Below, in pieces: positions 53,067 to 63,233 of a stretch of DNA of 64,000 nt. Under the pieces are notes generated by a model. The model was not told where the DNA came from. It saw nothing but the letters and a program-made list of their open reading frames with translations, and did not search any database. How positions within the stretch are numbered: position 1 is the first letter of the stretch; each line of letters opens with the position of its first letter. The DNA is from a virus (taxonomy: Duplodnaviria > Caudoviricetes). The translations under genes were made by a program, and so were the position numbers. The DNA lies in the IMG/VR virus record IMGVR_UViG_3300035208_002115. One strand, 5' to 3'.

Positions 53067-53858
53067 TTAATAATTTTTCCAAAGTGTTTCAATTTTAACC
53101 CTCGGAGTACTATCACCAGATACTGTATTTACATTAAAATCTATTTTAGTGAATCCATTATCAACTAAAATATTATATAATTCACAATCATACCCACTGA
53201 TTAGAATTTTAGATTTAACCTTCATCACCGTATTTAAAAAATCAATATGTTGCTCCCTGTTCATATCAACTTTATATCTCACATCAGTCCTTGTAGAATG
53301 TTCATAAGGTGGGTCACAATACAAGAAAGTATCAATATTATCGTGTTTTTTAATCAATGTTGTACCATCAGTATTTAAAACCAATACTTTGGATAATCTC
53401 TGGTGCAATTCTGGTAATCTATCAATGCAACTCAGATAATCAGAAACAGATTTACTCATATTTCTTCTAATAGATGTATTAGTTCTAAAATTACCCGTAC
53501 CATTATATGATGACCTATTAACATAGAAAAAATAAAATGCTCTATCAAGTGTATTTAATTCAGTATTCAATAAATTTTTAAATTCAACATACATATCTTG
53601 ATTATAATACGCTAAATCGCACTTTTTCTTGAATTCATTGAACAATATATCATCAGACAACACTTTATATAGGCTATAAACATTTTGCTCTAAATCGTTG
53701 TATATTTCAATTGGTGAGATATTAGTTTTTAATCCAACTGAAAAACTACCACCAAAAGGTTCAATATATGTTTTATATGTTTCGTCTGGAGGAAATTGTT
53801 CAATTATATTAGCCCACATATTTCCTTTACCACCATAATAAGTTATTGGAGAATCCAT
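53067..53858 (-). CDS. DNA adenine methyltransferase (D12/Dam class)
   Basis: YYGGK, YIEPFGGS, IYND, YCDPPY. Confidence 0.9.
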   Translation of the reverse strand: MDSPITYYGGKGNMWANIIEQFPPDETYKTYIEPFGGSFSVGLKTNISPIEIYNDLEQNVYSLYKVLSDDILFNEFKKKCDLAYYNQDMYVEFKNLLNTELNTLDRAFYFFYVNRSSYNGTGNFRTNTSIRRNMSKSVSDYLSCIDRLPELHQRLSKVLVLNTDGTTLIKKHDNIDTFLYCDPPYEHSTRTDVRYKVDMNREQHIDFLNTVMKVKSKILISGYDCELYNILVDNGFTKIDFNVNTVSGDSTPRVKIETLWKNY

Positions 53859-53873
53859 TATATATTTGTATTT

Positions 53874-54059
53874 TTAATATTTAATACCTTTTCTTTTCCC
53901 AGCTTCCGTAGCAGATTGATATGTGAAAATTTCGCCACAATCTGAACATCTCGCTTTTATGGCAACTAAATAAGTTTTTGATGTTTCTCTCGACTTAGGA
54001 TTCACATCTACTATATTAGTAGACTTACATTTCGGACACATAGTAATTTTAGTTGACAT
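53874..54059 (-). CDS. Zn-ribbon protein
   Basis: CPKC...CSDC. Confidence 0.65.
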   Translation of the reverse strand: MSTKITMCPKCKSTNIVDVNPKSRETSKTYLVAIKARCSDCGEIFTYQSATEAGKRKGIKY

Positions 54060-54071
54060 ATTTTTAATTTA

Positions 54072-54263
54072 TTAGTAATAATGTGTACAACTCCAACAAG
54101 AATAGGGATTTATTGCACCATTTTCAAAGATACATCTTCTTTGATTTCCATGACATACATACTTAGGAAAACCTATAAATTTTTTGTGTCCACAATTTTT
54201 ACAAATTACGTTCCATCCACCACCAGATATACATTCATATTCGTGTTCACAATCTTTTTTCAT
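54072..54263 (-). CDS. Cys-rich small protein
   Basis: Multiple CxxC motifs. Confidence 0.6.
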   Translation of the reverse strand: MKKDCEHEYECISGGGWNVICKNCGHKKFIGFPKYVCHGNQRRCIFENGAINPYSCWSCTHYY

Positions 54264-54269
54264 ATCATA

Positions 54270-55154
54270 TTAATTAAAATCTTTATTTTTTTTCTTTTCT
54301 TTTAATACCATACCATAATTATTTATACCATCAGGTATAATCAAGCCGTGTTTTTTTATTAATTTGTTTTTCTTGAATGGTCTGTAATCTACATTATGAT
54401 GCCAACGATTAAATCTCCAAACCATTTTAGCAACATCAGGGTGCATTTCTTCTAACATTTTACTTTTGGCTAATGTACCTTCATTTTCATAAAATTCAGC
54501 AGTATTACCACCTTTCATCCTTTGTGTTGTTACTTTTCCACAGAGAAAAGCATTAAACTGTAATGTACACCACCCATCTTTTAATACCCGTAAACATAAA
54601 TCGGTATCTTCATTGTATCTACCTCTCCATCTATATGGTATGTCATTACGAATAAACAAACATGAATAAATTCTGGTATTTAATATGAAAGCTGGTACAG
54701 CATCTGTTGTTTTACAAAAAGAATAATAATTAGTCCCAGCAATGGCAATATTTTCATATCTTTCTACAAAATCTTCCATGCATTTAAAAATAGTACCACT
54801 TGAAACTTCATCTTTAATATTCCTGTTCATTCGATGAAAAGCATCCAGATTATCATCCATAACCCAATGCCAAGTATAACCCAAATCAATGGAATGTTGC
54901 CAAGCAAAATTTCTTGCTGCGCCCGGCCCAGTCTTATTATCCTCGGCTCTTTCCCAATATGTATCATATTCATCTAAATATTTCTGTGGTAGGATTAATA
55001 TTTTATCAGGATTTATAACTTTTGAGTATTCATCATATTCTTGTTTTTCAACAATTATATAATATGGTACTTTCATACGTTCCAAAGCCTTACTTGTTAA
55101 CCTTGTGTCCCATCTTTTTTTTGAAACAATATATATCGGATATTTAGGATTCAT
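54270..55154 (-). CDS. TET-associated/GREB1-like glycosyltransferase (TAGT)
   Basis: YPIYIVSK.R, AARNF, WVMDDN, RIYSC, RGRYNEDTDL, KGGNT. Confidence 0.8.
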   Translation of the reverse strand: MNPKYPIYIVSKKRWDTRLTSKALERMKVPYYIIVEKQEYDEYSKVINPDKILILPQKYLDEYDTYWERAEDNKTGPGAARNFAWQHSIDLGYTWHWVMDDNLDAFHRMNRNIKDEVSSGTIFKCMEDFVERYENIAIAGTNYYSFCKTTDAVPAFILNTRIYSCLFIRNDIPYRWRGRYNEDTDLCLRVLKDGWCTLQFNAFLCGKVTTQRMKGGNTAEFYENEGTLAKSKMLEEMHPDVAKMVWRFNRWHHNVDYRPFKKNKLIKKHGLIIPDGINNYGMVLKEKKKNKDFN

Positions 55155-55963
55155 TTTTAATAGAATATATATTTGGTTTATTATTGAATATTTTTGTTTT
55201 TATCTTCTCATAACCAAATGATAATACCGATTTATTAAATTTTCTTGAAATATCTTTTTGGTTAATAATTTCGTTATGGTGTTTATAATTTATAAAATGA
55301 CCTATTGATTTTGTATTAAATGAATTTGCAATTATAATATGTTTCGGTTTTAATGATAATATTAAATCTTCAAGATGTTCTATTGGTCTTTCAAAATGTT
55401 CAAAGTATTCAGAAGCAAAAATTATATCAATATTTCCAATATTGTTATAATAACTAATCATATTAAATTGATATTTTTTAGACATAAATTCACAGAATTT
55501 ATACTGTTTAGTATCTTTTATATTAAAACCAAAAACATCACATTTTGGAAATAATTCTTTTAGACCTGCTGTTGAATATCCAAGTCCACAACCTAAATCA
55601 ATTATAGTCTTTGAATTGTTTGATAAAAGTTCAACAATAGATTTGTTAGTAAAATACTTAATAAGTGTTCCATTTGAATTTAATATCTTAATATAATTTC
55701 GACTATACATCTTCCAGCAACACCATAAATCAACAAAATAATAGTCGTTATCATAAATTGAATAATCAGCTATACCAGTACTCAATTCATTATACCACTT
55801 ATTTTCCATCTCAATTGTAATAGAGGTGTTGGAAAGACCATTATAGTATTTAATACTATCCTTTATCATACTTTTTGATTCATCATAAGACATATTAAAT
55901 ATTTTACAATAATCAATAAGAAAATCTTCTAATAAATCGTTTGGTTTTTTATTCAACATCTTC
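55144..55963 (-). CDS. Class I SAM-dependent methyltransferase
   Basis: IIDLGCGLG, FASEYFEH; start approximate. Confidence 0.8.
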
Positions 55964-56212
55964 ATCTTTCCATAATTTTCTTGCTGTACCCCAATGTGAT
56001 TTAAATGGATGCCAAGCACTTTTAGTTTTATTTGTAAGTTTTTGACCGATTAACTTTGCAAATTCTTGTAAATCTTCTTCACTTTCAAATCTAAAATTTA
56101 TTTGAGCATGTGGTCTTTTTTTCTCCTGAACAAATTCTGGCATATCTTTCCATTCTTCTTTCCATATTGGTTGTTCTTCATTAGTTGAAGAAATTATTTC
56201 ATTTTCGTCCAT
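55949..56212 (-). CDS. Small protein typically upstream of TAGT genes
   Basis: WKDMPEF, FAKLIGQKLT.KTKS.W.P. Confidence 0.7.
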   Translation of the reverse strand: MDENEIISSTNEEQPIWKEEWKDMPEFVQEKKRPHAQINFRFESEEDLQEFAKLIGQKLTNKTKSAWHPFKSHWGTARKLWKDEDVE

Positions 56213-56229
56213 TGTTAAATTTTTTATTT

Positions 56230-56721
56230 TTAAAACAAACTATTTGGTCTAAATAGTTCTTCAGTATTATCTTCTTTTTTATATGATTCTAAGTATGAAA
56301 CATCAACTGTCCATTGTTTTTCTGAGCGTTTCTCCCATATTTCGAAAGATTCTGTAATATATTTATCAGCCTCAGTAGATGTCATTTTATTAACTTTCAT
56401 TAGTTGCTTGATAACTTCTATTTCTTTACCAGTTGTACAAGCTAAACCAGCATGTTTAACTTGATGACATTGTGGACATAATGCTATCAACCCTTTTAAA
56501 GTTTGTGTGTGCATTTTATCATCATATATCCAAATCTCATGACATTCAACTGAATAGTTTTTACCTTGGTTCATTCCTTTATCACCACATATTTCACATT
56601 TATATCCAGCTCTCTTATAACATTTTCTTCGGATAATATCCCACTCAGTTGAGGTGACAGCACTACGAACATTATTATAAAATGATGTCTGAGGAACAAG
56701 TTCTATTGTAAGTTTATACAT
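56230..56721 (-). CDS. HNH endonuclease-family protein
   Basis: CEICG, ECHEIW, LIALCPQCHQVKH. Confidence 0.85.
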   Translation of the reverse strand: MYKLTIELVPQTSFYNNVRSAVTSTEWDIIRRKCYKRAGYKCEICGDKGMNQGKNYSVECHEIWIYDDKMHTQTLKGLIALCPQCHQVKHAGLACTTGKEIEVIKQLMKVNKMTSTEADKYITESFEIWEKRSEKQWTVDVSYLESYKKEDNTEELFRPNSLF

Positions 56722-56723
56722 TA

Positions 56724-57038
56724 TTACAAAGGTTCAATTTCTGAATCACTATTAAAAAGACTCATCCTGACAGCTTTTCTTTTATCAATTTCGCTATCTA
56801 TGAAGTTTTTTCGTTCTATAAAATCTTTTAATCTGTCTGGGTCACCGTTATAAATATCAAAAATAAAACCTTCTTCATCTTCTCTACAATCTATAACACC
56901 TATGATATACTCGGTATTATTTTCGGCCTTTTTAATAGCCAAGGCTAAACCCAATGGGTGAAGAAACCTTCTATTTAATTCCTGTAAATATCCATTTTCA
57001 CGGAATTCTTTAGGATTTATGTATTTTGTTTCACTCAT
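56724..57038 (-). CDS. Conserved phage protein
   Basis: GYLQELNRRFLHPLGLAL. Confidence 0.75.
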   Translation of the reverse strand: MSETKYINPKEFRENGYLQELNRRFLHPLGLALAIKKAENNTEYIIGVIDCREDEEGFIFDIYNGDPDRLKDFIERKNFIDSEIDKRKAVRMSLFNSDSEIEPL

Positions 57039-57068
57039 CTTGAATGTTTTATTTTAATATATAAGATT

Positions 57069-57386
57069 ATGTTAAAAAAGTTTGAAGAATATATTAAGGA
57101 AAATTTCAAATCTGACCCGATTTCAATCGGAGATAAAACCTATTATATAGAAACCGCAATAAAAGATAGTAAGCTGAATGTGTATTTAGTATATAATGGT
57201 GATTTATATGAAGAATTGTCGGTGATTATTCCAGAATCAGATTCCATAAATAAAGATGAATTTTTTCTTAATCCTAAAGTGAGATATAACATTATAAATG
57301 AACTTGAATCCAGAAAATTTATCCAGAAACTGAATAAGCAAGCCAAAGCTGGTGATAAAACAACTAATCTATATTGTATAGTATAA
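57069..57386 (+). CDS. Hypothetical protein, CTS-like N-terminus
   Basis: MLKKFEEYIKEN; TAATATATAAG immediately upstream. Confidence 0.7.
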   Translation: MLKKFEEYIKENFKSDPISIGDKTYYIETAIKDSKLNVYLVYNGDLYEELSVIIPESDSINKDEFFLNPKVRYNIINELESRKFIQKLNKQAKAGDKTTNLYCIV

Positions 57387-57413
57387 AAAAAACCACCCTA
57401 AATTGAGTGGCTT
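57385..57413 (-). terminator. Rho-independent terminator
   Basis: GCCACTC-AATTTA-GGGTGGT followed by U-tract. Confidence 0.7.
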
Positions 57414-57435
57414 TCTTATTATAAAAATAATATTT

Positions 57436-57711
57436 TTATTTTTCAACGATAATAACTTTACCTTCAATTATCCCGTGTTTTGATTCTTCTTTGAAAGTAT
57501 AAGCTTCTGGTTTCTCACCTTTTTTTCTTTCACGAGTCAGTATCCAAATACTTTCATCTTTCCATGTGATGTTTACAAACTTTTTGGTTGTATCAAGTTC
57601 ATATGTAACCGTACCACCGAATTTTTTAGCTCTTTTATTTCCAGTACATGCAATAAAGGATAAAGAGAATAAAATTAAACCAATTAAAACAATAATTCTT
57701 TTCATGTTCAT
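57436..57711 (-). CDS. Small phage lipoprotein
   Basis: Lipobox FIA-C; AKKFGGT, NITWK, LTR. Confidence 0.75.
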   Translation of the reverse strand: MNMKRIIVLIGLILFSLSFIACTGNKRAKKFGGTVTYELDTTKKFVNITWKDESIWILTRERKKGEKPEAYTFKEESKHGIIEGKVIIVEK

Positions 57712-58454
57712 TTATTTTTAGTAAGCCAATTAATTTTTTCAACTTTATTTGTAAATTTCAATTCAAAATTTTCATCTACATTTGGAAAAAAATCTACTCC
57801 AGTATAAAATTCAATCCATGCGACAGATGTTACATAATAAACATAATCGTTGTTTGGATTTTTCACATTAGGCATCATAAAAGCAATAATTTTCCCGTTA
57901 GTATCGTCATAAATGATTTTATAAAAATATTCAGGAATATCTACTTTATTTTTTATACCAATATGTATCGGGTTAAAACTGAATACACCACCAGTTATAA
58001 CATATAGTGGGTTTTTATTTCTCATCACATAATATCTGATATCATCTTCCAGATATTTCCATATTTTACGATTTAATTCGGGTGTTTGAGGTAATACATT
58101 AGACATATTAAAACTTTCCAACATAGCCATCAACTCAAAATTCATATCACCAGCAGGGGCTAAATGACCTCTATCATAACCAGTATTTGTATAATCTTTG
58201 TGAACAGCAGAACCAGTCTTAACAGAATCATCTTCAAAAAATTCACCCTCTCTCCTATCAACATTATTCTTAGTTTCTGAATAAGTCAACTCGTATGCAA
58301 CCCATTCAGCACCTTCATATTCTTCTACATAAGACAAAATATAATGCTGATGTGTAATAACCACACCTTTATTCACCAATGGAAGATATTTATTATCCTG
58401 AGAATAAGATGATAAACAAAGACTGATTAAAAATAAAAATATTATTTTTTTCAT
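57708..58454 (-). CDS. Secreted DNA/RNA non-specific endonuclease (NucA/EndA family)
   Basis: Signal peptide; YDRGHLAPA, SNVLPQ, LNR.IW..LE. Confidence 0.9.
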   Translation of the reverse strand: MKKIIFLFLISLCLSSYSQDNKYLPLVNKGVVITHQHYILSYVEEYEGAEWVAYELTYSETKNNVDRREGEFFEDDSVKTGSAVHKDYTNTGYDRGHLAPAGDMNFELMAMLESFNMSNVLPQTPELNRKIWKYLEDDIRYYVMRNKNPLYVITGGVFSFNPIHIGIKNKVDIPEYFYKIIYDDTNGKIIAFMMPNVKNPNNDYVYYVTSVAWIEFYTGVDFFPNVDENFELKFTNKVEKINWLTKNK

Positions 58455-58457
58455 ATA

Positions 58458-59099
58458 TTATTTTATTATGTCACCCATTTGTAATAATACTTTAAACATT
58501 GGGTGTTCTTCAGATTTATTTGAAATATACTTTTTCAATTCACCATCAGTGAAAGGTCTTTCCATCACCGTTATTTGTTGTTTTATTTTTTTAGCTGTCT
58601 GATAACTCACACCGATAATATTTGAAATCGACTGTATAGGAAAATCTATTTTACCCTCATCACTTATAAACTGATAAAAAAAGAATTTTCTCAAATCATA
58701 TTTTATGTTTCGATATGATGTTACTGATAATGGATTAAACGTAAAAGAACAATGACTGCATGATAATGTCCGAGGTCTTTCTACTTTAACACATTTTTGG
58801 GTTTCAAGAACTTTTCCGATAACTTTATATCGGGTTGGTACAAAACCATTGGCACTACCACACTTTGGACAAGTATATCCAGCTTTTAAAAAATCTTTAG
58901 ATAAAATTCTAAATAAAAGAAATTCATCCTTAGTCCATATTATTTTAATTTCTTGAATTTTCTTTTTTAATTGTGTGGGGACTGTCCGTTTATATAAAAT
59001 AAAATATTCATGCAACCAGTTATTATAACATTTCTGGAAGTCGAAACGATGTAAAGTATTTACATCCATCTTTTTTATCAAACGGATTTCATCTTTCAT
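58458..59099 (-). CDS. IS1595-like Zn-ribbon/HTH protein without DDE domain
   Basis: CPKCG...CSHC..FNPL; ISNIIGVSYQTA HTH. Confidence 0.55.
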   Translation of the reverse strand: MKDEIRLIKKMDVNTLHRFDFQKCYNNWLHEYFILYKRTVPTQLKKKIQEIKIIWTKDEFLLFRILSKDFLKAGYTCPKCGSANGFVPTRYKVIGKVLETQKCVKVERPRTLSCSHCSFTFNPLSVTSYRNIKYDLRKFFFYQFISDEGKIDFPIQSISNIIGVSYQTAKKIKQQITVMERPFTDGELKKYISNKSEEHPMFKVLLQMGDIIK

Positions 59100-59247
59100 T
59101 ATTCTGAAAAATTACGAAGCGTTTCTAATGCTTCTTCATTTATTTCATCAGGAACAACATTTAACTGTGTATCTAAAATCTTTTCGATTTTATCACGGCA
59201 TTCTTGATTTAATGCCCTTAAACTGATTGTGATAGTATCTTCCATAA

Positions 59248-59475
59248 TTATAAAGGTTTAATTATTTCAATATCATCTTCAATAAATTTACCGATTACTG
59301 ACAATTCTTCACCGTTTAATACTTTTTCAAGTTGCTCTCCAACTTCTTCATTAGTTATGTTGGTGTATCCATATTCTTTCAAATCTTTCGTCTTAGCATC
59401 AATATATGATGATTTTAAAACTATTCCAACATTTCTTAATTTAACAGTATCTACCATATTTTTATAATTAATCAA
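59248..59475 (-). CDS. Hypothetical protein
   Basis: ORF track. Confidence 0.6.
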   Translation of the reverse strand: MINYKNMVDTVKLRNVGIVLKSSYIDAKTKDLKEYGYTNITNEEVGEQLEKVLNGEELSVIGKFIEDDIEIIKPL

Positions 59476-59887
59476 TCAAATCATAAACATTTTCATCAAT
59501 TTTCACATCCAGACCCAAATAAAGAGAACAGGCAATATAAATCAAATCCCATTTTTCTTTGCGTGTATGATTATATTTAACAGTTCTAATGGTAGCTTTA
59601 CTACTACAAATCCAGAATTGACCATCTTGAATAAATCCAACCAATGCTTGGGTTTCACCGCCAATTTCATCAATCTCAATACCATTAAAATTGGTATCAA
59701 AAAACTTGAAAAATGATTTAAAAGTTTCTTTGGCTGTATTTTCAGACAATTTACCGTCATGGTCAAATGGCATCCCTAAATCAGCAGCAATACAAGATTC
59801 AGTTGCGGTATGCAATGAAGCATTATTGGTTTGTGGTACAAGCTCTATATACATATTTTGGTTTTTAATTAAATAACAATATATCAT
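59468..59887 (-). CDS. Hypothetical protein
   Basis: ORF track. Confidence 0.6.
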   Translation of the reverse strand: MIYCYLIKNQNMYIELVPQTNNASLHTATESCIAADLGMPFDHDGKLSENTAKETFKSFFKFFDTNFNGIEIDEIGGETQALVGFIQDGQFWICSSKATIRTVKYNHTRKEKWDLIYIACSLYLGLDVKIDENVYDLID

Positions 59888-60137
59888 TTTTTAATAATAA
59901 TTCTATTTCGTCCAAAAAGAACGGACTACTAAATGATATATGTATCAATGTATCAGCAAACTCTTTTGAAGAAACCACATACGTGACTACATATTCATTT
60001 GTTTTGTCAGAAGAATATTCTCTTTTTTCTTTTACAACTATTTTGGTCGGGTTATATTTTTCAGTATTACCAATTCTTAGTTCAGCTAATTGAACTAACA
60101 TTTCTTTTGTTAAACCTTTTATATTTAGTGTATACAT
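59865..60137 (-). CDS. Hypothetical protein
   Basis: ORF track. Confidence 0.6.
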   Translation of the reverse strand: MYTLNIKGLTKEMLVQLAELRIGNTEKYNPTKIVVKEKREYSSDKTNEYVVTYVVSSKEFADTLIHISFSSPFFLDEIELLLKNDILLFN

Positions 60138-60146
60138 AGTTACTTA

Positions 60147-60704
60147 TTAAACAATGTTTAATGATTCGAGGTTTGTATTAAGTATAGTCACACCGTCTTT
60201 ACAATGTAATTCTCGTATTTTATCAACATTACGTTGTAAAATAGTAGTTGGTATGGCAGACAATGGAAGTTTAAATTTAAAATACTGATAATCAATGGAT
60301 TCAGGAACACCAATCAATATACAGGTATTCTGTAATTTTTTTCTTTTCTTTAAAATTTTCGGTTTTTCCTTTTTATCCAACTCATCGTTTATAAAATCGT
60401 TGATATAAACTTCCATTGTTACAGAAAACAATTTTTTATTTCCATTATCATCCAAAATATAATCGTCCTCATCACTTCCAATTGGTCTGGGTGGAAGGTC
60501 TTTAATATATTCTTCCAGTAATATAATATTCTGCTTAACTTGGTCTGTGTTTGAATAATTTTGGAAATACATCATACCACCATTACCTTCATCGATAGCC
60601 AGAAGACATTTAATATCATTAATATAAACATCGGCATTAATTCCAACACCGTCTCTACCACGAAAAGATTTCACTTTTTTAACTACTACTCTTGGTTCTG
60701 ACAT
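60147..60704 (-). CDS. Hypothetical phage protein
   Basis: ADVYIN, DEGNGG motif. Confidence 0.7.
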   Translation of the reverse strand: MSEPRVVVKKVKSFRGRDGVGINADVYINDIKCLLAIDEGNGGMMYFQNYSNTDQVKQNIILLEEYIKDLPPRPIGSDEDDYILDDNGNKKLFSVTMEVYINDFINDELDKKEKPKILKKRKKLQNTCILIGVPESIDYQYFKFKLPLSAIPTTILQRNVDKIRELHCKDGVTILNTNLESLNIV

Positions 60705-60720
60705 AATTATATTTTTTATT

Positions 60721-60936
60721 CTAAGATGGAAATATTATTCTTCTTGTAATACCTTCAGCACTTATATAATCGTTTTGTAATATTTTAAATCTTTTCGTGA
60801 AGTATTTAGGGTCTTTATCTTTTATCCAACTTTCAATGTCTTTATTACAATCATATAAAACCCCTTCAATCACACATAACATAGTACAATCATCAAGATA
60901 AGTACTCGTTCCTGTATAAATTTCTGTTTTAACCAT
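60721..60936 (-). CDS. Hypothetical protein
   Basis: ORF track; TATTTTTG upstream. Confidence 0.6.
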   Translation of the reverse strand: MVKTEIYTGTSTYLDDCTMLCVIEGVLYDCNKDIESWIKDKDPKYFTKRFKILQNDYISAEGITRRIIFPS

Positions 60937-61051
60937 ATAATTATTTTTAATTTATTTTATTCATCAAAAATAAGAAAAATATAATGAAAAAAAAATTAAA
61001 AAATAATATATATAAGAAATAACAAAAATTAATTCAAAAACTAAATGGACG

Positions 61052-61300
61052 GTGATAGTGATAGACAGCAGCAAAAGACAACGGATAGCGATGACGTGCC
61101 TCTTTTTAGGTACATTCTTCAATCCGCTTGGTTACGACTCTTTACTTTTTATCCTTATAAAGTGGACGGGGAATTATTGGCTTTCAATTTCCGTATTTTA
61201 CCTGCTGTCGGCATTCTTCTTTACATTATACTTCTTATATTCTAAACAAAATCCATTAAAAATATTTAAGAAGAAAAAATATGATGATTTCAGCATATAG
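61052..61300 (+). CDS. Small membrane protein
   Basis: GTFFNPLGYD plus TM helices; TAATATATATAAG upstream. Confidence 0.65.
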   Translation: MIVIDSSKRQRIAMTCLFLGTFFNPLGYDSLLFILIKWTGNYWLSISVFYLLSAFFFTLYFLYSKQNPLKIFKKKKYDDFSI

Positions 61301-61317
61301 ATAATTTGTATGTATAA

Positions 61318-61689
61318 TTAATCTTTTATTATTTTCAATAAATCTTCTAAAGACTTTAATACATAAACTGAATCACTGTTATGAAAATTACATTTACCAC
61401 TATATTTATTTAAATCAAAAAAATCAAATTTCGGGTCGTCCTTAACCAATTTAACGTCTTCAAATCTTCCAAAAACAGAATATAACTTACTGTCGATGTC
61501 GCTATTAAATAATGTCACAGTGTATTTACCATATTTTTTTGATGACACATCATAACTAACTTTGTGTTCAGATTCTTCTTTAACAGAACCATATTTTATA
61601 AGTAATTTATCAACGTCTTTGAAAAATTTCTGTTGAGATTTTTTAGATTCAAATATATGGAAGGAATCGAAATTTAATATAGATTTCAT
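61318..61689 (-). CDS. Hypothetical protein, CTS-like N-terminus
   Basis: MKSILNFDSFHIFESK; TAATATATAT upstream. Confidence 0.7.
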   Translation of the reverse strand: MKSILNFDSFHIFESKKSQQKFFKDVDKLLIKYGSVKEESEHKVSYDVSSKKYGKYTVTLFNSDIDSKLYSVFGRFEDVKLVKDDPKFDFFDLNKYSGKCNFHNSDSVYVLKSLEDLLKIIKD

Positions 61690-62109
61690 ATATACCAGTT
61701 TTTTATGATATATATTAATTTTTTATTTCAAAAATAATATCTTATTATTGATACATTATGTGAGATTAAAATTGATACCACCACTTATATACACCATCAA
61801 ATAATTTATCAAATTGGTCATCTATTTTTTCAGGAGTAATATTATCACCTTTAATAATCAATCCAGATGGAACATCATCTTTTTCTTTTCTAAAATATAC
61901 AATTCTTTCCATGTATAAATAAATTATAATCTACTAATACTCAACCAGTTATCACATCGTGCCACATTTACCACTACCATAACGTGAAGTAGTATCTTCT
62001 GATATAACTTCATCATCCAATAATAATTGGACTTCGGTTCTACCCATATACGACTGTGAAATTTTCACTTTCAGGTGTTTCTTCAGATATTCTTTTAATT
62101 CTTCTTCAT

Positions 62110-62373
62110 TCATGATGCTTGCATATTTGTATATTTAATAGTTAATCCATGTGTTTGAATTATTCGTTCTGGAGATGCAAGATTAAAAAATTTAATCAAG
62201 TCTTCAGGTTTTTCTGTTATATCAGTTGCCCAGTATTTATTTTTACCAAACGATATTTCATATACTGGTTTATCTTCGGTATATCGAATACCCGTGACAA
62301 TACCTGAGACTATCCTTATTCCGAATAATCCAGAATCAATGATACCATATCTTGGTTTACCGATATTTTCCAT
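62110..62373 (-). CDS. Hypothetical protein
   Basis: ORF track. Confidence 0.6.
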   Translation of the reverse strand: MENIGKPRYGIIDSGLFGIRIVSGIVTGIRYTEDKPVYEISFGKNKYWATDITEKPEDLIKFFNLASPERIIQTHGLTIKYTNMQAS

Positions 62374-62628
62374 TTATTTTTCGTATTTTAATATTACATT
62401 TAAAACATCTTTACTAATGAAATCGATGCTTTCACCACCAAAAGTTCTTCCATTTTCTTGTTCAATTGTAACATATCCACCAATTCTTGGTTTTTCGCAT
62501 TCTTCGGCATCAACTACCTCATAAACTTTAGTAGTAGTTAAATAACCATCTATTACACCTATTAATTTTAAGTGTAGTTCTCCGAACCAAGGTTCTTTGA
62601 AATCTCTAACTAATATCTGATTGTCCAT
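62374..62628 (-). CDS. Hypothetical protein
   Basis: ORF track. Confidence 0.6.
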   Translation of the reverse strand: MDNQILVRDFKEPWFGELHLKLIGVIDGYLTTTKVYEVVDAEECEKPRIGGYVTIEQENGRTFGGESIDFISKDVLNVILKYEK

Positions 62629-62860
62629 CCTTTTTTCTTAAATAAGTTACATAATGATAACACGCAGTTTTAGGACACCAGTTTATTTCTTTACCTATTT
62701 TTTCCCAAGAGAATTCATTACTTCCAAACTCATCGAGTATTTTTTCAATAGTTGGTATGTGTCCTTGGGCTTCCAATCCAAAAACAATTTTCATATCTTT
62801 TTCTTCCATCTTATCTATAAGATGTTGAAAAGCTTTGGTTATTTTTGATTCTCCTGACAT
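62606..62860 (-). CDS. Hypothetical protein
   Basis: ORF track. Confidence 0.6.
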   Translation of the reverse strand: MSGESKITKAFQHLIDKMEEKDMKIVFGLEAQGHIPTIEKILDEFGSNEFSWEKIGKEINWCPKTACYHYVTYLRKKDGQSDIS

Positions 62861-62870
62861 AATTTAATTA

Positions 62871-63209
62871 TTAATCATCAATATTACAATCAGTATCACT
62901 GATATTAAATTCATCCCGTATTTTATAACAAGCTTCATTTACAATTTCTTGTAATTTATCGGCTCTAACCAAAACATCTTTCAGTTTTTCATCAGCAAGT
63001 GATACGGCCTCTTTTTCAATATATTTGACGACATTTGTTATTAAATCTTCCAAAACTTTTGGTTCTAATTCAATATCGTTCACCAGAAGTTTAACTTCAT
63101 ATTGCGTTTTTTCACGACCACTTTCAATACATTCATTGGTTAATGAGTCCATGATACATTTATTCAACCATGAATTTTCGTTAATCAAACTTTTCCAAGT
63201 AATAATCAT
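62871..63209 (-). CDS. Hypothetical protein
   Basis: ORF track. Confidence 0.6.
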   Translation of the reverse strand: MIITWKSLINENSWLNKCIMDSLTNECIESGREKTQYEVKLLVNDIELEPKVLEDLITNVVKYIEKEAVSLADEKLKDVLVRADKLQEIVNEACYKIRDEFNISDTDCNIDD

Positions 63210-63233
63210 AATTAAAGGTTTAAAAAATTAACA

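Noticed and set aside
59099-59245. 48-aa ORF with RDKIEKIL as a member of the tag family
   Set aside because: Spacing is R-x-K rather than R-x-x-K, and the motif is not C-terminal.
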